Counted from the first letter of the stretch, positions 20,922 through 31,885 are shown. The stretch is 64,000 nucleotides of DNA from Promethearchaeota archaeon (GCA_019058445.1 JAHPZA010000009.1:224001-288000), one strand, 5' to 3'. The notes: generated by a model from the letters alone, not told the origin. Translations and numbers: made by a program.

Positions 20922-20957
20922 AAGTTCTTAATCTTTTTTTTCTCTTTTATTTTTGAA

Positions 20958-21971
20958 TCAATCTTGAGTTATTATCGAGTATATCTCATCTAATCGTGGG
21001 GTTTTCCTTCGTAGTGTAATACAACGTTCTTCTTCACATCCTCTTAGTATAGCGATTAATTCGTTAATATGGATTGTAGGAATGTCCAACTTTTCCTTAT
21101 AATATTTGTTAATCTTTTCTCTATATTCTGGTTTACTCAAGGTATATAAACAGGTTGGACATGGCATTAACATAAAATCAGCGTCGACATTTTCTGCGCT
21201 TTTTAATTTGTTGTAAGTAATCTTGAGAGCTTCTTTCGGATGAATAACAATTTGAGATGCCCCCCATCCACAACACGCTTCTTTTTCTTGATATTCTACG
21301 GGCTTCCCACCAAAAAGTAAGACAAGCTCATCTAATTTGGTTTTATCTCTTAGATACGCATCAGCTGTTTTCTTATCTCTTGAAAGATTTAGATAATGAC
21401 ATCCGTAATGAACTGCAACTTTTAACTTTTTTAAATCAAATTTTAGTGTATTTAATACATCATTTCTAATTAGATATAACAAATCTAAATCGTGGACTAA
21501 TTTTAATTTTGGATTATCCAAGATCTCGTATTTTCCCGGATAATTCTTTCCAGAAGATTTTGCTTTTAAGCGGCTTAAAATTTCTTGAGTCTTCCTTTTT
21601 ACATCAGGATTTTTCAAAAAATCTCTTCCTCTCAGGAGAGAATTATAACACCCATTACAACTGAATAAAACCACATCAGCTTGCTGGTTAAGCTCACTAA
21701 GATTTCTTTCATTAATGGCAGCAAACTGAGCTCTAGTGATTAAATTTCTCTGAAAAAAAGTACCGGAACAGCATGATTGATTTTCACAGACAGAAATATC
21801 CAAATTAAGTTCTTCTAATAAGTCATGAATCCCCCAGCGCACTCCCGGAAAATATTTTTCGAGACATGCTTTAAATAAGCATAACTTTTTATTCCTAAAA
21901 AAATCTAGAGGATTCTCAGGATATTTGCTTTCTATTTCATCTAAATCTAATGCTAAACTGTTAAATTCCAT
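20958..21971 (-). CDS. hdrB: Heterodisulfide reductase subunit B-like (two CCG domains)
   Basis: QSCCSG, SCNGCY, HYGCH, ACCGWG, PCPTC. Confidence 0.85.
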   Translation of the reverse strand: MEFNSLALDLDEIESKYPENPLDFFRNKKLCLFKACLEKYFPGVRWGIHDLLEELNLDISVCENQSCCSGTFFQRNLITRAQFAAINERNLSELNQQADVVLFSCNGCYNSLLRGRDFLKNPDVKRKTQEILSRLKAKSSGKNYPGKYEILDNPKLKLVHDLDLLYLIRNDVLNTLKFDLKKLKVAVHYGCHYLNLSRDKKTADAYLRDKTKLDELVLLFGGKPVEYQEKEACCGWGASQIVIHPKEALKITYNKLKSAENVDADFMLMPCPTCLYTLSKPEYREKINKYYKEKLDIPTIHINELIAILRGCEEERCITLRRKTPRLDEIYSIITQD

Positions 21972-21991
21972 TTTAACCTATAATTATAATT

Positions 21992-22519
21992 TTATTTACG
22001 CTTTTTTCTTTTATTTTTATTGGTCTTACTAGCTTTAAATACATATTTTATTCGAGCAAAATTACAAATTTCGTTTAATTCATCAATCATTTCTTGAGGA
22101 AGTTTATTTCCTAGTTGTTCCTCAACAACAACACCAGATGTTAGAAATCTTTCTGCCATTTCTACATATTTGGTAAGGTCATTATAGCGAGGACCATATC
22201 CTTTTTTAAATGATTCGTTTCTTAGATTTATGATTAATAATGGGATGTTTATTCCTTCTCTCGGACACACCCTTTTACATTTTTCACATAGGAAACAATA
22301 CCAAATATCGTCCTCTTTCAAAACGCTTTTGTCGCCCCGAAGGATTTTTTGTATGATTTTTCTTATGTTAAAATTAGAAATTTTAGAAGCTGGACACTCT
22401 CCCACACATTTACCGCAGGAAATACATTCGATTATATTTCTATTTTCTTCAACATCAGCAATAAGTTCAGCTAAGAAATCATCATTCCAATTATCATCAG
22501 ACTCTATATCATCTACCAT
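21992..22519 (-). CDS. hdrC: Heterodisulfide reductase subunit C-like
   Basis: CISCGKCVGECP and IWYCFLCEKCKRVCPR. Confidence 0.85.
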   Translation of the reverse strand: MVDDIESDDNWNDDFLAELIADVEENRNIIECISCGKCVGECPASKISNFNIRKIIQKILRGDKSVLKEDDIWYCFLCEKCKRVCPREGINIPLLIINLRNESFKKGYGPRYNDLTKYVEMAERFLTSGVVVEEQLGNKLPQEMIDELNEICNFARIKYVFKASKTNKNKRKKRK

Positions 22520-22646
22520 ACTGAGCCAATTTTTTCATTTAATTTCTCTTCCTATATGATAACCATAATTCATTGTAAAAAAATTATTAGTTTTTAAATA
22601 TAACACAATTAATTAAATCTTTTAAAGAAAATAATCTTTAAAGCAA

Positions 22647-23738
22647 TTATATTATCTCATAATCTAATAAAGAAGATTTAGTTCCATATTGAGTCGTCAG
22701 TAATTTTATATGAGTAAGATATTCATTTAATGAAATTTCCTGACTTCGATATCGCTTATATACCCTTTGAATAATATAATAAGGCGTAAACTTAATAAAT
22801 CTAATATCTGAAAAGAGACTGACAGTACCTCTCGACTCATAAATAATATTTTTGGTTAATAACTCATTAAATAGATCCTCTTTATTACTTAAGATATCTA
22901 AGCAATTACTCACAGATACCACACTATTCTCTCTCAATTTCTGAATTAAATAATACACCTCTTTATTCATTAAAAAGCTAATGAGTGATTTATCTTCAAT
23001 TTCCGAGATATAATCATAATTCGCAAAGAACTTTATAATCTTATCACTATAATCACTCAATATTTCATCATCATTTTGATAAACTTTCGGAATATCTCGT
23101 GGGGGAATTCTAACACATGAGAGATCTTTTATTAGAAAATAACACTCCCTGCTTCCTGGTATACTTTTTTTTATAATTAAATTCTCACGAATGAATGAGA
23201 TTAGCAGTAAATCGATATTTATTGTTGAAAATCCAAAATCCTGTCTTAAAATAATATTTAACTTATCTTTAGAAATAGCACCATCTTGTAGGATATTTAA
23301 AATTGTAGATTTAATCTTGTCTCTGAAAAAATTCAACAGATTCGCTCCAGTTTCCAATTTTGTGTAATTTCTAATGGTATGAAAGGCTTCTGATATCGCC
23401 CTTGTTATCTTATTAGTATTTATTAGTTCAATCAAATTTCTACTAACAATTGCCAAAATATCAGGATAATCCATAACGATATTTTTGATTTTATCCTTTC
23501 GGTTATACACAATAATTATGAAGTATATCTCTCCCTCATATTTCTGAATAATAGAGATATACTGTTCTTCCTTGACCTCAGGAATGAATTCTATCATCGA
23601 AGATTCTTTATCTAACTCATGCAAAGCCCAAATTTTAAGGAACAAATCATTTGATGGGAATTTTTGCTCTGGTGGATATTGAAGTATAGGTTCTGGACCA
23701 GTGCTTTTATTCCAATGAACAATTATTATACGGTCCAT
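22647..23738 (-). CDS. Hypothetical protein with uDENN/longin-like N-terminus
   Basis: IIIVHWNKSTGPEPILQYPPE resembles the F/W-D-xx-GP-x4-YP start of uDENN/NPRL2-type longin domains. Confidence 0.55.
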   Translation of the reverse strand: MDRIIIVHWNKSTGPEPILQYPPEQKFPSNDLFLKIWALHELDKESSMIEFIPEVKEEQYISIIQKYEGEIYFIIIVYNRKDKIKNIVMDYPDILAIVSRNLIELINTNKITRAISEAFHTIRNYTKLETGANLLNFFRDKIKSTILNILQDGAISKDKLNIILRQDFGFSTINIDLLLISFIRENLIIKKSIPGSRECYFLIKDLSCVRIPPRDIPKVYQNDDEILSDYSDKIIKFFANYDYISEIEDKSLISFLMNKEVYYLIQKLRENSVVSVSNCLDILSNKEDLFNELLTKNIIYESRGTVSLFSDIRFIKFTPYYIIQRVYKRYRSQEISLNEYLTHIKLLTTQYGTKSSLLDYEII

Positions 23739-23918
23739 ACATTAATTCGCTTAAAAAATTATTGATAACTCTTTATTCAATTAAACGATATATACTCTCT
23801 ATCCTATAATATAGAAGTAGTAAAATATATAATTTGATTTTTTAAGAGTTAAATAAATCTATTAAATTTTGAAATGTTGACTCCACTTTACTAAAATCTT
23901 AAATATTACAACTATTTT

Positions 23919-24098
23919 CTAGTTTTTATGCAATTGTTGTCTTGTAATAATCTTAGAGAGTTGCCAAATTGATTGCGTATTACTTGAATTTATGGCTTTT
24001 TTAATATCTTTGTAATACTGTTTTAAACTCATATTATTATTTTCAGTAAAATCAAAATCTTTTATAGCAGAATCTTTTTCATACACTAAAATTTTCAT
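23919..24098 (-). CDS. Possible 59-aa hypothetical protein
   Basis: Open frame ATG 24098 to TAG 23919 filling a 450-bp gap; no motif. Confidence 0.3.
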   Translation of the reverse strand: MKILVYEKDSAIKDFDFTENNNMSLKQYYKDIKKAINSSNTQSIWQLSKIITRQQLHKN

Positions 24099-24185
24099 GA
24101 GCTAAAAAAACACTCAAATACTAAAAAAAAAATGTAATACGACGATATTATAGATTTAAAAAAAAATAATCAGAGAGAAGTGTGT

Positions 24186-25031
24186 TTATTTGTTTACCTT
24201 TTTCTCCCAATATATGCCAAATAAATAATAGGCAACAAATATAACAACCAAGACACCTAAGATAATGAGCAAGATATTATTAAACAAGGCTGCTTGTGCT
24301 TCTACTTTTTCAAAAGGAATCTCTGATAGATTTATAGGTTCTCCAGGCTTATGTGAAATTAATGATGCGCCTAAAAACGCGAAAAAGAACGCCCGTGGAA
24401 TTGATCCAATAAAGGTTGCTATTGTGTATTTTTTTATTGGGTATCTCAATACTCCACTAATGTAGCTGATAGGATCAAATGCTACAAATGGTAAAAGTCG
24501 AGCAATTAGTATAGCTCCTGTCCCATATTTTTCTATGAATACATCCGCCATATTTAGCGCACTTTCACCTACAAATTTTTCCGCAAGCGGTCTTCCTCCT
24601 TTATATGCGATATAATAACATAATAAACCTGCTGCCATACTCCCAATAATGCCCATTATGCCCCCAATCCAAAATCCCCAAATCATACCAGATGCTAAAA
24701 GAACTAGCTCAGACGGTATTGGAACTAAGAGCCCTTGTATTGCCATTACACCTATAAAGAGAAATATCCCCCATATGCCCAATCTAATAATTGGATTTAC
24801 AAACCACTCAACAACGAGGATGTATAGAAAAGTGGGATCAACAAAATAGATATAATACAATAAGTATACGGAGACACCAAATAAGAATATAAAGATGATA
24901 ATATACAGTTTTGTTTTCATATCATAGTTAGAAAAATCAAAAAGATTCTTAATATAATCTTTTAACTTTACTGAAAACGACTTTTTTTCATTTTCTTTAG
25001 ATTTATTGCTCATTTCTTCCATTCTTATCAA
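24186..25031 (-). CDS. DedA/TVP38 (VTT domain) membrane protein
   Basis: VPIPSELV, GGRPL, ARLLPFVAFDPISY. Confidence 0.9.
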   Translation of the reverse strand: MIRMEEMSNKSKENEKKSFSVKLKDYIKNLFDFSNYDMKTKLYIIIFIFLFGVSVYLLYYIYFVDPTFLYILVVEWFVNPIIRLGIWGIFLFIGVMAIQGLLVPIPSELVLLASGMIWGFWIGGIMGIIGSMAAGLLCYYIAYKGGRPLAEKFVGESALNMADVFIEKYGTGAILIARLLPFVAFDPISYISGVLRYPIKKYTIATFIGSIPRAFFFAFLGASLISHKPGEPINLSEIPFEKVEAQAALFNNILLIILGVLVVIFVAYYLFGIYWEKKVNK

Positions 25032-25125
25032 ATTCTAGTATAAAAATTAAGTAATATAGGAAATTTTTACAATAAAAAAAACATTTTTATTTATATAATT
25101 CACTCATTTTAGGAATTTCTTAAGA

Positions 25126-25860
25126 ATGAAAAAACCTTACATTTTTGCTCATCGTGGTGCCATGGGCTATTGCATAGAAAATACAATGGAGTCATTTCAA
25201 AAAGCTGTAGAGCTGAAAGTGGGTATTGAAACGGATATACAAATTACTAAGGACAATATACTCGTTTGTTTCCATGATCCTGCGTTCAGGATTGGTGATG
25301 GATGGCATAATATACGAAATTTAAATTTAGAGGAGCTTAAAGCTCTTAATTTTGAAGATGGAAGAGAAATACCCACATTAAATGAAGTACTTAATACTTT
25401 TAGTTATTGTCCTAAAAATTTTCGATATAGTATGGATATAATTGATAGAAAAACTGGTTTGGCTTTAATTAAACTGCTAAAAAAAAGACCCTTTTATAAA
25501 CAGGTTGAAATCACAGACACCCGTTTCTACATTCTCAAAAGATTGCGAAAAAATAGTGAGAATGTAAAACTCGTCCATACCATACCTTCTTATATTGCGA
25601 ATATTAGCGAGCACACCATTAATTTTGAAAAATTGACCCAGAGTAACATAAAAGCTCTAAATATTAAAGTCGATTACGCTACTAAAAAAAATTTCGGTAA
25701 TATTGTAAAGAATGGATTTAAATGTTATGTGTGGGACGTAAATTCAATAGATCATATGAAAAAAGTATTAAAACTCAGAAGTAATGAAGAATTTGTAAGA
25801 GCAATTTATACTAATTATCCTGATGTGCTTAAAAAGCTAAGAGACTCGATATTTACATAA
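25126..25860 (+). CDS. Glycerophosphodiester phosphodiesterase
   Basis: AHRGA, ENTMESF, IETDIQITKD, HD, TNYPD. Confidence 0.92.
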   Translation: MKKPYIFAHRGAMGYCIENTMESFQKAVELKVGIETDIQITKDNILVCFHDPAFRIGDGWHNIRNLNLEELKALNFEDGREIPTLNEVLNTFSYCPKNFRYSMDIIDRKTGLALIKLLKKRPFYKQVEITDTRFYILKRLRKNSENVKLVHTIPSYIANISEHTINFEKLTQSNIKALNIKVDYATKKNFGNIVKNGFKCYVWDVNSIDHMKKVLKLRSNEEFVRAIYTNYPDVLKKLRDSIFT

Positions 25861-25942
25861 CAAACATTAAAAATTTCAGAAGAGAAAATTATAAAATTTA
25901 AAACTAAAAACATACTAATTATAAAATACTCAAAAAGAGATC

Positions 25943-26761
25943 GTGAAGAATATGAAATTAGAAGGACCTCTGAAATATTTATTATTATTAATCATAATAT
26001 GTTGGGTTATTTTAGCTATAATATTTGGACTGACCGATTTGGAAATATCTAAAGCTTTATTGAATAGAAAATCAATATGGGCAAATATTGGAAAATATTT
26101 TGGGGAAGGCCCAGGTTATGGTCTAATTGCGATATCTATTGGTATTCTAATTGGAAGTAGGGAAGAGGATCTGAAAAAGCAGAGAACCGCTTTATATATC
26201 ATACTAATCATAGGGATTGTTTTTCTTATTATGGCTATCACATTCGATAACTTATGGTTCATAACTTTTGGTGGAGGCATTAGTATTTTTGTTCTGATCT
26301 TTTTATTCCTTACTCGTGGCAAAGATCTGAAAGAATATAATACCATCGCTACATTTATAATCTGCCTTGCTATTATAAATCCCTTGTTATTTGTTCAAAT
26401 AACTAAGGTTATGTGCGGAAGGGTTCGATTTAATGATTTATCACCGGGATATTCAAATTATACTCCTTGGTACTTACCTCCAGGTCCTCTTAGTGGAATA
26501 CAGGGCAACGCCTCATTTCCTTCAGGTCATACCGCTATGGGCTGGATGTTCTTGCCTTTATTAATAGGAGTCCGGAATAGAAAATGGAAAAATCCAATTA
26601 AAATTTTAGTGATTATCTTAGTGATCGGATTTGGTTTATTTCTAGGAGTTTCAAGGATCGTTACAGGAGATCATTACGCTTCAGATGTATTATTTTCAAC
26701 CGGAGTCGCTGCGATCGCTACAATTTGGTTATATCAAAAATTTTATATTGAAAAAGCATAG
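25943..26761 (+). CDS. PAP2 family membrane phosphatase
   Basis: K..CGRVRF, SFPSGH, SRIVTGDHYASD. Confidence 0.92.
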   Translation: MKNMKLEGPLKYLLLLIIICWVILAIIFGLTDLEISKALLNRKSIWANIGKYFGEGPGYGLIAISIGILIGSREEDLKKQRTALYIILIIGIVFLIMAITFDNLWFITFGGGISIFVLIFLFLTRGKDLKEYNTIATFIICLAIINPLLFVQITKVMCGRVRFNDLSPGYSNYTPWYLPPGPLSGIQGNASFPSGHTAMGWMFLPLLIGVRNRKWKNPIKILVIILVIGFGLFLGVSRIVTGDHYASDVLFSTGVAAIATIWLYQKFYIEKA

Positions 26762-26782
26762 AGAAAATAGGGATCTGATAAA

Positions 26783-27431
26783 AGTGAAAGAAATTATTAA
26801 AAATGTCTATCATGTCGGAGATTCTGGTTGTTCGGTCTTTTTAGTTAATACACAGAGTGATGATGGTTTAGTGTTAATTGATTGTGGAATGTCTTTGAGT
26901 TTAATAAAAAATATTAGCAGAGCGGGCCTAGATCCGAAGAATATAAAGAACTGTATTATTACGCATTTTCATATCGACCATATTGGAGCTTGTAGTGATC
27001 TTAAGAAATTTAATAAAAACGTTAAATTTTTTGCACACGAGTTAGATGCAACTGCTATTGAAGAGAAAGGTCATGATCATGAAACCGCTGCTCGATGGTA
27101 TGGTGTAAGTTACACTCCAGTTAAATTAGAAAAAAGACTAAAAGGAGATCTTGAAATTCTAAAATTTGGACAGTGTGAATTTAAATGTATCCATACTCCG
27201 GGGCATACTCCGGGATCTATTGTAGTAGTTATAGAAGTTAATAAAACTAAAGTTCTCTTTGGGCAAGATTTACATGGTCCAATTATCCCAGGAGTAAGCA
27301 ATTTTAACGATTACCAAGATTCTCTACGAAAAATTTTGGATTTAAAAGCGGACATTTTATGTGAAGGCCATTTCGGGATTTACCAGCCCGCTGAAAGAGT
27401 CGAACGGTATATTAAAGGATATATCGAATAA
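26783..27431 (+). CDS. Metallo-beta-lactamase-fold hydrolase (start moved to GTG 26783 to avoid overlap)
   Basis: THFHIDHIG, TPGHTPGS, GQD, EGH. Confidence 0.9.
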
Positions 27432-27451
27432 AAACATATTTTCGAACAATA

Positions 27452-28240
27452 ATGTTATTGGAAAGCGTCTTTATTGTAAGGGGGGGATTTTGGGGCGAGG
27501 AGTATGAGTTTAAACTACTATTTGCCATAGTTGCAATAAGCATTACTATTTTTGATTGGAAGTGGAAAAATAGAAAGGATTATTTCTGGGTTTTTTTAAC
27601 GGGGGCCATTTTCTGGACTTTAGTTGAATTAATGCTTCATTTTACTGGTGTTAGGGACATGCCGAACAGATATCTTTTCGGGATGGAAATACCAATTTGG
27701 CTTTCAATACCTATGCAGGGCTTATCAGAAGGAGTTTCGGTAGGAATCATGGGCTTATTTATTACAGATTTATATTTAGATAAGGAGATGAGGAAGTACA
27801 GTCTAATTATTTTTATAATTGTTGTAAATGGATTGGCTTTAGTTATGTTTAGCCATGGAATTTATACTCCAAATGTTGGTGGAGAGGTTCCATCTCGAAG
27901 AGAAGTATTTCCTCTATGGTCCTTACTTATCCCAGTTTTAGTTTCCCCAGCAATTTATTGGTTTGCAAAAACTGATCATGAATCTAGGAAGAGAGGTTCA
28001 TATATGTTTATTACTATGTTTATCCTCGGTTGTATCTGGTATTTGTTTTATTGGTTATCTGGTCAACGTTGGGTTGAAATAGGAACTAAAAATCGGGATG
28101 GAAGCTATTCAAATTTACGGCGTGCTGATCCTATAATTGAACTTAGTGTTATTATTTACAATGCAGCAGTAGAAATCGCTTTAATCTATATGCCATTTTT
28201 AGCAATACCATATTTATGTGGATTAATTCAAGAAAAATAG
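27452..28240 (+). CDS. Multi-pass membrane protein, unknown function
   Basis: About 7 hydrophobic segments. Confidence 0.7.
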   Translation: MLLESVFIVRGGFWGEEYEFKLLFAIVAISITIFDWKWKNRKDYFWVFLTGAIFWTLVELMLHFTGVRDMPNRYLFGMEIPIWLSIPMQGLSEGVSVGIMGLFITDLYLDKEMRKYSLIIFIIVVNGLALVMFSHGIYTPNVGGEVPSRREVFPLWSLLIPVLVSPAIYWFAKTDHESRKRGSYMFITMFILGCIWYLFYWLSGQRWVEIGTKNRDGSYSNLRRADPIIELSVIIYNAAVEIALIYMPFLAIPYLCGLIQEK

Positions 28241-28299
28241 GCATGATATATTAAGTTGTATAAATTGCCGAAAAGACATGGAAAATTAATCCGAGCAAA

Positions 28300-30087
28300 T
28301 CAAGAAACTTCAACCCATATTGGACCAATCCAAGCCGCTCCCCCTCCAGAGTCCTGCATTCGAACATAGTAGTAATCTGCTCCATTTGTGTTTAATTCAT
28401 CAGGATCTACCGATTTTGATGATGTCTCATGAATATAATATTTACCATCATCTCTTTTAATGCAATCTTCATATTCCGTGCCAGTTATAGGACTGGTATC
28501 ACTTACTGTAATTTTACTAAGAACTTCATCAATATTTTCATAGGATTTCCATAATTCCGAGTTTTTAAATATTTCAATTTCTTCAATTTTTGTTCTTTTA
28601 TTTGGTTTCAACGAAATTCCATCAGCAGCAATAAAAATATTAATTTGTCTTGCCGAATCTATATTAGGTACGTGCACTGTTGAATCGTTAACACCTACAG
28701 TCAAACCATTGATTGAGAATTCAATGTAGGGTCGATTAATCCAGGTCGTTGCATAGGCAGAACGTTTTTTCAATGCGTCAAAAATGTGGCTCCTATCAAG
28801 TGTATCTGAATATATTCCGGTTAATCCATTTGGATAGGGTGTTCCATAACGATAACCTGATAGAGTATATGGTTGTTGGTTGACGGCACGTGCATCAGTA
28901 TGGGATATACTATGTCCTAATCTTCCATCATGACTATCTCCTGACGCCATAAATCCAAATTTTCTCCCCATTTTGAGAGCATCTCTTATAGAATATCCAT
29001 CTCCATCTATCTCTTTAGCTGAGGTATATAAATTATCCCTACCAGTACATTCACTAGAACCATGACAAGAATAAATTTCAACCATAGTATTTATATCTTC
29101 ATCATAATAGGCAAAATCCGAAGGATTTGTGCTTCTTATGCAATGATGTGTCCAAGAGATAAAATCATCATCAGATTCTTTTTCAATTGCTTTGTATAGG
29201 TCATCTGGATTATTATGAGTAAGAGTAGAAAAGAAAGGCATATCATCATCTTCAAAATATATATTAAGATGCTCAGTAGGAAAATTAGAATTTGGGCCAC
29301 CAAACCAAGTAGTCCATTCCATAGCGACAAGTGTAGCGAATTCACCATCATCATTGAATTCATTCGATATCTCAATATATTTTTTAAATCTACCAGTGAG
29401 GTCTACTTCACTAATTCTAGGAAACAATTCAACATGTTCCGTTAATGCAGCGAAGTCTAATAAAGCGACATCTCGAGCAAATTTGTAAGCATCCTCGGGT
29501 GTTCCCGAACCATCGGAATAAGCTGTATGACCGTGTATATCACCCCAAAACAAATTTTTAAAATAAGTATCTTCAGGTTTGACTATAATAGGATTACTTC
29601 GGTACTTTTCTTTTGTATCCATATCCTTTAATTTAATGTAGTGAATTCCTGGTGTTGATATTTTGATAATAAAAGTTCTTTTTCCATTATCAGCACCTTT
29701 AATATTATAAGCTGGTACTAATCCATTCCATATAAAATTAGATGTAAATTCGTAATCTTTAGGTAAAGAAGAAATAGCATTGATTTTTTCTAATGTTGTA
29801 TAGTTATAGGATTCGATTTCAAATGATACCATTCCATTATAGCTACCTGCTAATCTTTCATATTGATCCCATGCTTCTACGGTAATTTCAAAATCTTCAT
29901 TTTCTACTACCATAGAGGGACCATGAATCCACATTGTTGTTTTATTATTATCAAACATTACATTAAAATCAATGAACATAAAAACCCAAGAACCAATGAC
30001 AATCGAAATTATGAGAATTTTTCCAAGAGGGGATAATTTGTTTTTAAAATCTTTATTAATTTTCATCATTTTTGTTTGCTTAATCAT
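28300..30087 (-). CDS. DUF3604-like PHP-fold hydrolase with N-terminal membrane anchor
   Basis: FWGDIHGHTAYSDG, LDFAALTEH, VEIYSCHG, SGDSHDG, YATT, WIGPIW. Confidence 0.82.
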   Translation of the reverse strand: MIKQTKMMKINKDFKNKLSPLGKILIISIVIGSWVFMFIDFNVMFDNNKTTMWIHGPSMVVENEDFEITVEAWDQYERLAGSYNGMVSFEIESYNYTTLEKINAISSLPKDYEFTSNFIWNGLVPAYNIKGADNGKRTFIIKISTPGIHYIKLKDMDTKEKYRSNPIIVKPEDTYFKNLFWGDIHGHTAYSDGSGTPEDAYKFARDVALLDFAALTEHVELFPRISEVDLTGRFKKYIEISNEFNDDGEFATLVAMEWTTWFGGPNSNFPTEHLNIYFEDDDMPFFSTLTHNNPDDLYKAIEKESDDDFISWTHHCIRSTNPSDFAYYDEDINTMVEIYSCHGSSECTGRDNLYTSAKEIDGDGYSIRDALKMGRKFGFMASGDSHDGRLGHSISHTDARAVNQQPYTLSGYRYGTPYPNGLTGIYSDTLDRSHIFDALKKRSAYATTWINRPYIEFSINGLTVGVNDSTVHVPNIDSARQINIFIAADGISLKPNKRTKIEEIEIFKNSELWKSYENIDEVLSKITVSDTSPITGTEYEDCIKRDDGKYYIHETSSKSVDPDELNTNGADYYYVRMQDSGGGAAWIGPIWVEVS

Positions 30088-30093
30088 GTTGTT

Positions 30094-30405
30094 TTAGAAA
30101 AATTCCATAGAGTATGCAAAATGTGCTAATATAAAAATTTGGATGAGAATTATAATAAAACCTAACAAAACTACCTTTTTATTTTTTTGAAATAATAAAT
30201 AACTTGCGCAAATAATACCTATAGGCATAAATACTGGGGTCGAAAAAGCAATGCCTAATATAAAGATCGTTAAGTAATAGATTTTTTTTTTTTTAGATTT
30301 TGTTGCTACGATCTCTTTATCTCTTGAAATTAAATTAGAAGTTGAATTAGTACTATTATTCTTAATTAAATCTTTGGTTAGATGTATATCTCGAGAATCA
30401 CTCAT
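30094..30405 (-). CDS. Small membrane protein
   Basis: 2-3 TM segments; co-oriented, 6 nt upstream of the DUF3604-like gene. Confidence 0.6.
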   Translation of the reverse strand: MSDSRDIHLTKDLIKNNSTNSTSNLISRDKEIVATKSKKKKIYYLTIFILGIAFSTPVFMPIGIICASYLLFQKNKKVVLLGFIIILIQIFILAHFAYSMEFF

Positions 30406-30547
30406 TTATTTAGATTTGTTCCTTAATTTTATAAATGTTTGCATGCATTTTCAATATGAATGAAATACATCAATTTAAAGGGGGAAAAATATAAATACCT
30501 TATCGTTGATTTAAATTATTATAAAATTTTAAATAAAGAGATAGATC

Positions 30548-30997
30548 TTGATTCCAGCATATTTTTTTTTAGGATTAACCTTAATTGGTTATTTCATTTT
30601 TTCAATCATTCAGACCATAATTTATCTACTACTTTTAAATCTACTATTATATCTTGGATTTTGGATGCTTATAAAAGATATTTCCAAGATAGATAAAAAA
30701 GATATACTCTTAACGAGTGTAATTATTGAATTATGCAATCTTATTAACTCTTTTGTGGTTTATTTTTATGTATATCTTGCATTATATGGAGTATTGATAT
30801 TTCTACTTATATTTTTTATGTTTCCATTTATAATTTTATATTTAAGATATTATGAAAGAGACAAGATCTCCGAGTTCAAAATCTTTTTATTATATTTTAT
30901 TTCTATCCCAGCATCTTTTTTTATTAGTATCTTATGTGCTAGTGTAATTCTTAACCTGCTTGGATTCCAAAATATATTTCTATTTTCGAGAAATTAA
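30548..30997 (+). CDS. Hydrophobic membrane protein
   Basis: 4-5 TM segments. Confidence 0.6.
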   Translation: MIPAYFFLGLTLIGYFIFSIIQTIIYLLLLNLLLYLGFWMLIKDISKIDKKDILLTSVIIELCNLINSFVVYFYVYLALYGVLIFLLIFFMFPFIILYLRYYERDKISEFKIFLLYFISIPASFFISILCASVILNLLGFQNIFLFSRN

Positions 30998-31054
30998 GAG
31001 GATTATAGAAAGTTTTATACTACTAAAAAAGAAGTATAAAATTATTCGGATGAT

Positions 31055-31423
31055 TTATTTCGCGAGTTCTAAATACTTTTCATCAACTAGTATATTAAGC
31101 TCTGCTATGAGCCAACATAATTCATCATATGGGGTCGCTGACCTGAAAATCTCTGCTGCTTTTTTCCGTATATCTTCTTCTGAAACATTTTTATCTCCTT
31201 TTTGAATAATTAGTTGCTTTTCTGCTAACATCCAACATAATTCATCATATGAAAGCTGATTTTGCGAAAGATAATATGCTCCAACGCTAATCATCTCGCT
31301 TAAATCTACTTCTTGCTTTTCAATCTGTATTGGTTCTTCTTTATCTGGTTCAGATTTTCTATATTTTTTAAGTTGGAGAAACCATTCTAATATATCCTTT
31401 TTTGTTGATGTGATAATTATCAC
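31055..31423 (-). CDS. Small protein with two internal YDELCWxxAE repeats (DUF2934-like)
   Basis: AYYLSQNQLSYDELCWMLAEKQL and AAEIFRSATPYDELCWLIAELNI. Confidence 0.7.
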   Translation of the reverse strand: MIIITSTKKDILEWFLQLKKYRKSEPDKEEPIQIEKQEVDLSEMISVGAYYLSQNQLSYDELCWMLAEKQLIIQKGDKNVSEEDIRKKAAEIFRSATPYDELCWLIAELNILVDEKYLELAK

Positions 31424-31489
31424 CTCTATTAAACAAATTAATAATGGAGATTTCCACTTTTAAAGTTAAGGGCAAATTTGATTGTAAAA

Positions 31490-31885
31490 TTATAATTTGA
31501 TATCCAAATACTCTCTCAGAAATTTTTGAATTTGCTCACAAGTTTTCTCGAATTCATCATGCGACTGGTAAAATAAGTGGGTTCTGGGACAATCTTCATC
31601 AAACACACAGGTTTTTTTATCTTTGTCATATGTAAGAGGATAAAATCTGCATCCTTGAGGACGATTAGAATATATTTTACACTTCTTAGTTGAGATATCA
31701 AAAAATACGCAATGTCCGTTTACATTTTTTAATTGAAAGTATTCGTTATTCTTAAGCACAAAATCCTCTTCTTGTAAGTCTTGTGGATAATTTTTTAGAA
31801 GTAAAATAATTTCCTTTTTGGATAACATCATCTCAGTATTTAAACAACATTTTCCACAATCTTTACATTTTTCTGTCATAAGCAA
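31490..31885 (-). CDS. YkgJ/CxxCxxCC cysteine-cluster protein
   Basis: CKDCGKCC, CVFFD, CKIYSNRPQGCRFYP. Confidence 0.9.
   Translation of the reverse strand: MLMTEKCKDCGKCCLNTEMMLSKKEIILLLKNYPQDLQEEDFVLKNNEYFQLKNVNGHCVFFDISTKKCKIYSNRPQGCRFYPLTYDKDKKTCVFDEDCPRTHLFYQSHDEFEKTCEQIQKFLREYLDIKL

Noticed and set aside
20958-22519. Selenocysteine recoding in hdrB/hdrC (Lokiarchaeia encode selenoproteins)
   Set aside because: Both ORFs are complete with Cys motifs, and no in-frame TGA was seen at a Cys position.
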